Source: Stylophora pistillata
Lineage: Eukaryota
Length of the DNA: 64,000 bases
Direction: 5' to 3'
NCBI RefSeq assembly: GCF_002571385.2
Contig: NW_019217917.1
Location: 133,906-197,905 of the forward strand
The notes beneath the pieces were generated by a model that did no database searches, was not told where the DNA came from, and saw only the letters and a program-made list of their open reading frames with translations. The first letter of the stretch is position 1. Each line of letters starts with the position of its first letter. Below, piece after piece: positions 61,701-64,000 of the stretch. Position numbers and translations under genes: made by a program.

Positions 61701-64000
61701 AAGGAGAGTAAAAATTTGATGCATGATCTTGAGAAAATCACAAAAGAAAGAGAAGACGTGGAAAGTCTGAAAATCTTCAAAGAGCACGCGATGAAAGAGA
61801 TCAAGACTTTGAAAGATGAAAACCAACGCCTTCTTCAAAAAAGCGAGGATTTCGACCAAATAACAGTCGATCTCAACACTCTCAGGGAGGAAAAAGTGAT
61901 TGGACTACAGCATCTGGGAACTTTAGAGGAAGAAAGGGAGAATGCGCTGAGAGAGATTGCAATCCTAAAAAGTGAAAATCACCTCCTTCTTGAGAAAACA
62001 AACCAGTTCGAGGAAATCAAAGAAGCCTTCGAAAGTCTAAAAGGTAATGCCGAAATCCTACGAGAAAACATCGAAGCTCTTAAACTCGAGAAAGAGGCCT
62101 CAGAGAAAGCAGTTGAGGATTTAAGAAAGGAAAACAATCTTCACCTAGAAAAAGTTGAGGAATGCGACAAAATGAAGGAGGATCTTGAAACATTGAGAGA
62201 AGAGAAAGTGATAGGACTCAAAGAGTTAAGCAGTTTAACAGAGAGAAATGCTTCGTTGTTGGAAGAAGTCAAGGCAATGGATGAACTAAAGAGAGAATGT
62301 GACTTCCTTAAAAGCAAGAACGAAAAGGCACTCGAAGAAAATAGGATCTTAACAGAACTAAACGAATCTTTAGTCAAAGACCAAGAAGGCGCTCAAAGAA
62401 TATCATTAGAATTAAAGAAAGCGGAAGATGAAAGAGAAAGGATTTCCAAGGAAAATAGAGTCTTGGCAGAAAAATGCGATACTCTAAAGAAGAAAATAGA
62501 GGAGTTAACTTTGCTCAATGATGGTCAACTGATAGAATTAGGCAGGTTGAATCAAGAGTTGGACGACTCTGAGAAGGAAAACGAAGCTCTTGTAGCTAAG
62601 CTCGAATCTTTCCATGTTGTCAAAAAAGATTTCAGTGCTTCGTTGGAGAGCAACCAGAGACTTCAGAAAGAATCTAGAGATCTCGAAGTCAACTTGGAAA
62701 CCCAAGCTTTGGAGGTGATGAGATTGAAAAAGGAAACAACTGTCCTAAAAAAAAAGAATGACGCTCTGACAAAAGAAATTGAACGACTTCAGGGAAAGAA
62801 TGCTATCCTGGAGACCCAAACCTCGATAACACTCTTGGAAGAGGGTGAAGAATCAGAGCAGATTTATGAACCGAAGACCAGCGACACCAAAGGCATACGA
62901 AGAAAACTTGACGAATTAATGACTTTTGAAGAAATAGCAAATAACTACAGTGTCGAGGTAGAAAAGCCCGAAAATGTTAAACTTTCCAAGATTAACAAAT
63001 GTAACGAAGCACAAGCCTTAAAAGAAGAAGTCAATTTCCTTCAGAAAGAAGTTGAAGACCTAAGTGAAGATCATAAGGAGCTTTTGCAGTCGTATAACAC
63101 TTTACAAAAAGAATATGATCATTTGAAAGAAGAATTCGGCGTCCTTGAAAAGAGTTTGGAAATAAAGTCGAGAGAAATGAAAAGTATGACCGAAGTAAGG
63201 GATCTTTTAGAAAACACTAAGAATGAACTTGAAAATGAGCTGAAAGCTACCTCCAAAGAAAAGACCCAAGTTAGCAAGGAACTTGAGACTGTAAAAGGAA
63301 ATTGTGACTCTCAAAAGCTCAGACTGGAGATTGCCGAAAAGGAAATTGGAAACTTATCTAAAGAAAATGAAGAACTGCACCAAAATCACATCGAGTTAGA
63401 AGAACGGTGTGGTCGTATCAGAAAACTAAACAGGGAACTCGAGGAAGACATAGATATCGAAACTGGAAAGCTCGTCGAGGCAAGAGAACGTATTTCTGAA
63501 CTCAAAAAAGAGAATGCTCTTCTTCAGCAGAGGCATTTGATGCTGCTACATGAAATTGACAAATTGAAAGGAATTCCTGAGTTAAGTGGTCAAGAACAGG
63601 GCGGAGTGGCCAAAAAGATTAAAAGTATAGAGAAAAAGATAAGTGTTACTCAAATGCAGAAAGGCGATCAAGAAATTCGACCTCCCGAGGAGATGAACAA
63701 AGGCAAAAAGACGACAGAGAAGAACAAGGCCAAGGTTTCTGGAGATGAAGCACGAAAGCCTGAAGGTTGCGCGGAAAATGTAAAAGAGGAAAAGAGAACA
63801 CAGCAAAACCAGGAGGAAAGAACAGTATGGGCACTAGAGCGAGAAATAAAGAACCTTCGTCCTCAGAAAGAACGAGCAGAGGCCTTAGCCAAAGAACTGG
63901 ATCAGGTTAAACAAAGACTTGACAACGAAATAACAATTAGGAAAAGCAAAACTGAAGAGAGCAGCCAGAAGAAAAAAGAAAATGATTTACTAATTTACGA
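36274..64000 (+). CDS. Myosin light chain kinase-family protein with tandem kinase domains, Ig domain and giant C-terminal coiled coil (3' incomplete; in-frame TAG at 52899-52901)
   Basis: Exons: (36274-36277 putative), 39401-39819, 42358-42400, 43767-43863, 44147-44359, 44785-44923, 45331-45454, 45672-45720, 46177-46203, 46700-46852, 47272-47317, 47900-47974, 49289-49526, [gap] to 50955, 51366-51498, 52808-53008, 53653-53788, 54067-54190, 54475-54523, 54645-54671, 55367-55516, 55983-56028, 56352-56396, 56708-56768, 57106-58077, 59091-59497, 60681-end. Phases are compatible throughout; the junction across the 50875-50885 gap cannot be checked. Confidence 0.78.
39913..40231. mobile_element. 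Non-autonomous repeat with long terminal hairpin and GATTGG end
   Basis: Hairpin TCTTATTAACCAAGCGCGAGGGCCGTACTGG...CCAGTACGGTCCCGAGCAAACTTGGTTAATAAGA followed by TTTGATTGGCTGA. Confidence 0.6.
42961..43052. mobile_element. Short palindromic MITE, same family as 530-603
   Basis: Same TIRs with a perfect 9-bp direct repeat CAGAGGTCA on both sides. Confidence 0.8.
43767..49526 (+). CDS. Kinase domain 1 (MLCK/DAPK-type CAMK) plus autoinhibitory and calmodulin-binding segment
   Basis: IGKGKFGVV, FAAK, REIDIMNKLHH, GGELFERV, HLDLKPEN, DFG, GTPEFMAPE, TDMWSVGVIAYILLSGLSPF. Followed by KLKQFLAKRRWQKSVNALKAVRRLS, which matches the smooth-muscle MLCK CaM-binding helix (RRKWQKTGHAVRAIGRLS). Confidence 0.92.
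46908..47042. mobile_element. Palindromic MITE (AT-flanked)
   Basis: ATAGAGGTTTTGCACAGCAGCCATGTTGGATGG...CCATCCAACATGGCTGCTGTGCAAAACCTCTAT. Confidence 0.8.
50340..50874 (+). mobile_element. Penelope-like retroelement 5' fragment (degenerate), cut by gap
   Basis: Translates IKNLSNKEL...KFIPAP...DFDQFARRMRL and DNLLPAERKALRALKRDSDLNLKKADKGTTTVVMN. The KADKG motif precedes the PLE reverse transcriptase. Frameshift and stop present; hammerhead at the 5' end. Confidence 0.8.
50363..50427 (+). ncRNA. Type I (minimal, PLE-associated) hammerhead ribozyme
   Basis: GGCAA-CUGACGA-GAUCC-ACAAGAUUA-GGAUC-GAAA-CCGCGG-UC-UUGCC. The core is complete, stem I is GGCAA/UUGCC (extendable UGAA/UUCA), stem II is GAUCC/GGAUC and stem III is palindromic. 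Predicted cleavage after C50411. Confidence 0.85.
50886..50955 (+). CDS. 3' part of an I-set immunoglobulin exon (5' part lost in gap)
   Basis: GEYCCVAQNEAGRVTCAGWLTVE fits the I-set G-x-Y-x-C-x-A-x-N-x-x-G F/G-strand motif. Donor A|gtatg is in phase with exon 51366. Confidence 0.8.
51107..51297. mobile_element. MITE, same family as 12750 (internally deleted)
   Basis: GGGGTCTGTTTCTCGAAAGTTCCGG ... CGGGACTTTCGAGACACGGGCTCC; the interior aligns with 12790-12915. Confidence 0.7.
51366..56028 (+). CDS. Kinase domain 2 (MLCK-type, divergent; contains in-frame TAG)
   Basis: VGRGRFGIV, FCAK, QK*EFKREIDVMNALHHPRIIRLYDAF, GGDLF, HLDLKPQN, DFS, GTAEYVAPE, ADMWAIGVIAYIMLSGESPF, KRMTVDECLGHEWI. Confidence 0.85.
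51521..52352 (+). mobile_element. Non-autonomous TIR DNA transposon carrying a pseudogenised THAP zinc finger (PIF/Harbinger/ISL2EU-like)
   Basis: ~63-bp imperfect inverted repeats at 51521-51583 and 52290-52352, bounded by AT. Frame from 51677: MHIHCCVPEC...FFEFP...RKR*IHAIRR...RVCSLHF...CVPS, then a coiled coil. No DDE domain. Confidence 0.8.
54563..54615. repeat. (ATGCG)n microsatellite
   Basis: About 10 perfect pentamer units. Confidence 0.95.
54871..55278 (+). mobile_element. tRNA-derived SINE with L2-type 3' tail
   Basis: Box A-like TTGGTTAAGCG and box B GGTTCGAGCCC, a body, then TGTAAAGCGCC...GCGCTATAT and a (TTA)n tail. Confidence 0.75.
56081..56245. mobile_element. MITE with AATAGGCCATTTCCG termini
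   Basis: AATAGGCCATTTCCGAA...TTCGGAAATAGGGCTATT with internal inverted GCCTCTTTTTCAAA. Confidence 0.65.
57106..58077 (+). CDS. Coiled-coil exon of the kinase gene
   Basis: tacag acceptor and G|gtagg donor within ORF 57075-58085; E/K/L heptads. Confidence 0.85.
59693..60400. mobile_element. Second, inverted copy of the hairpin/CCAAT repeat with a different interior
   Basis: 59693-59798 is the reverse complement of ~11915-12022, and 60178-60399 is the hairpin plus its flank. Confidence 0.7.
60681..64000 (+). CDS. Giant (>3.3 kb) coiled-coil exon, runs off the window end
   Basis: tttcag acceptor at 60680, phase 0 matching donor 59497. The frame ASLPDPNM...KKENDLLIY was open wherever checked. 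It is absent from the ORF track, consistent with no stop before the window end. Confidence 0.85.

Noticed and set aside
57269-63834. Minus-strand Ser/Phe/Leu-rich ORFs
   Set aside because: Antisense shadows of the E/K-rich coiled-coil exons.

Overview
This is eukaryotic genomic DNA: AT-rich, intron-rich, with three scaffold gaps at 3360-3602, 11135-11643 and 50875-50885. The repeat families suggest a stony coral, probably a pocilloporid (inference). I assembled three + strand spliced units by hand. (1) 687-4037: five exons encoding a ~308-aa protein with an N-terminal CARD9/11/DLG5-type CARD and a C-terminal hydrophobic membrane anchor. (2) 8687-33252: 17 exons encoding a ~1184-aa DLG5-like MAGUK (coiled coil, 3 PDZ, SH3) that stops exactly where the guanylate-kinase domain should begin. 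Its first exon has an acceptor in phase with CARD exon 4, so units 1 and 2 may be one CARMA-like gene (CARD-CC-PDZ-SH3) with an alternative membrane-anchored short isoform. (3) ~36274 to beyond 64000: an MLCK-family gene with coiled coil, kinase 1, calmodulin-binding helix, Ig domain, kinase 2 and a very long coiled coil. Kinase 2 carries an in-frame TAG and a DFS motif. The introns between the two kinases hold a Penelope-like retroelement fragment with an intact sense-strand type I hammerhead ribozyme, and a THAP-bearing TIR element. Introns elsewhere carry many MITEs, tRNA-derived SINEs and an L2/CR1 LINE 3' end.
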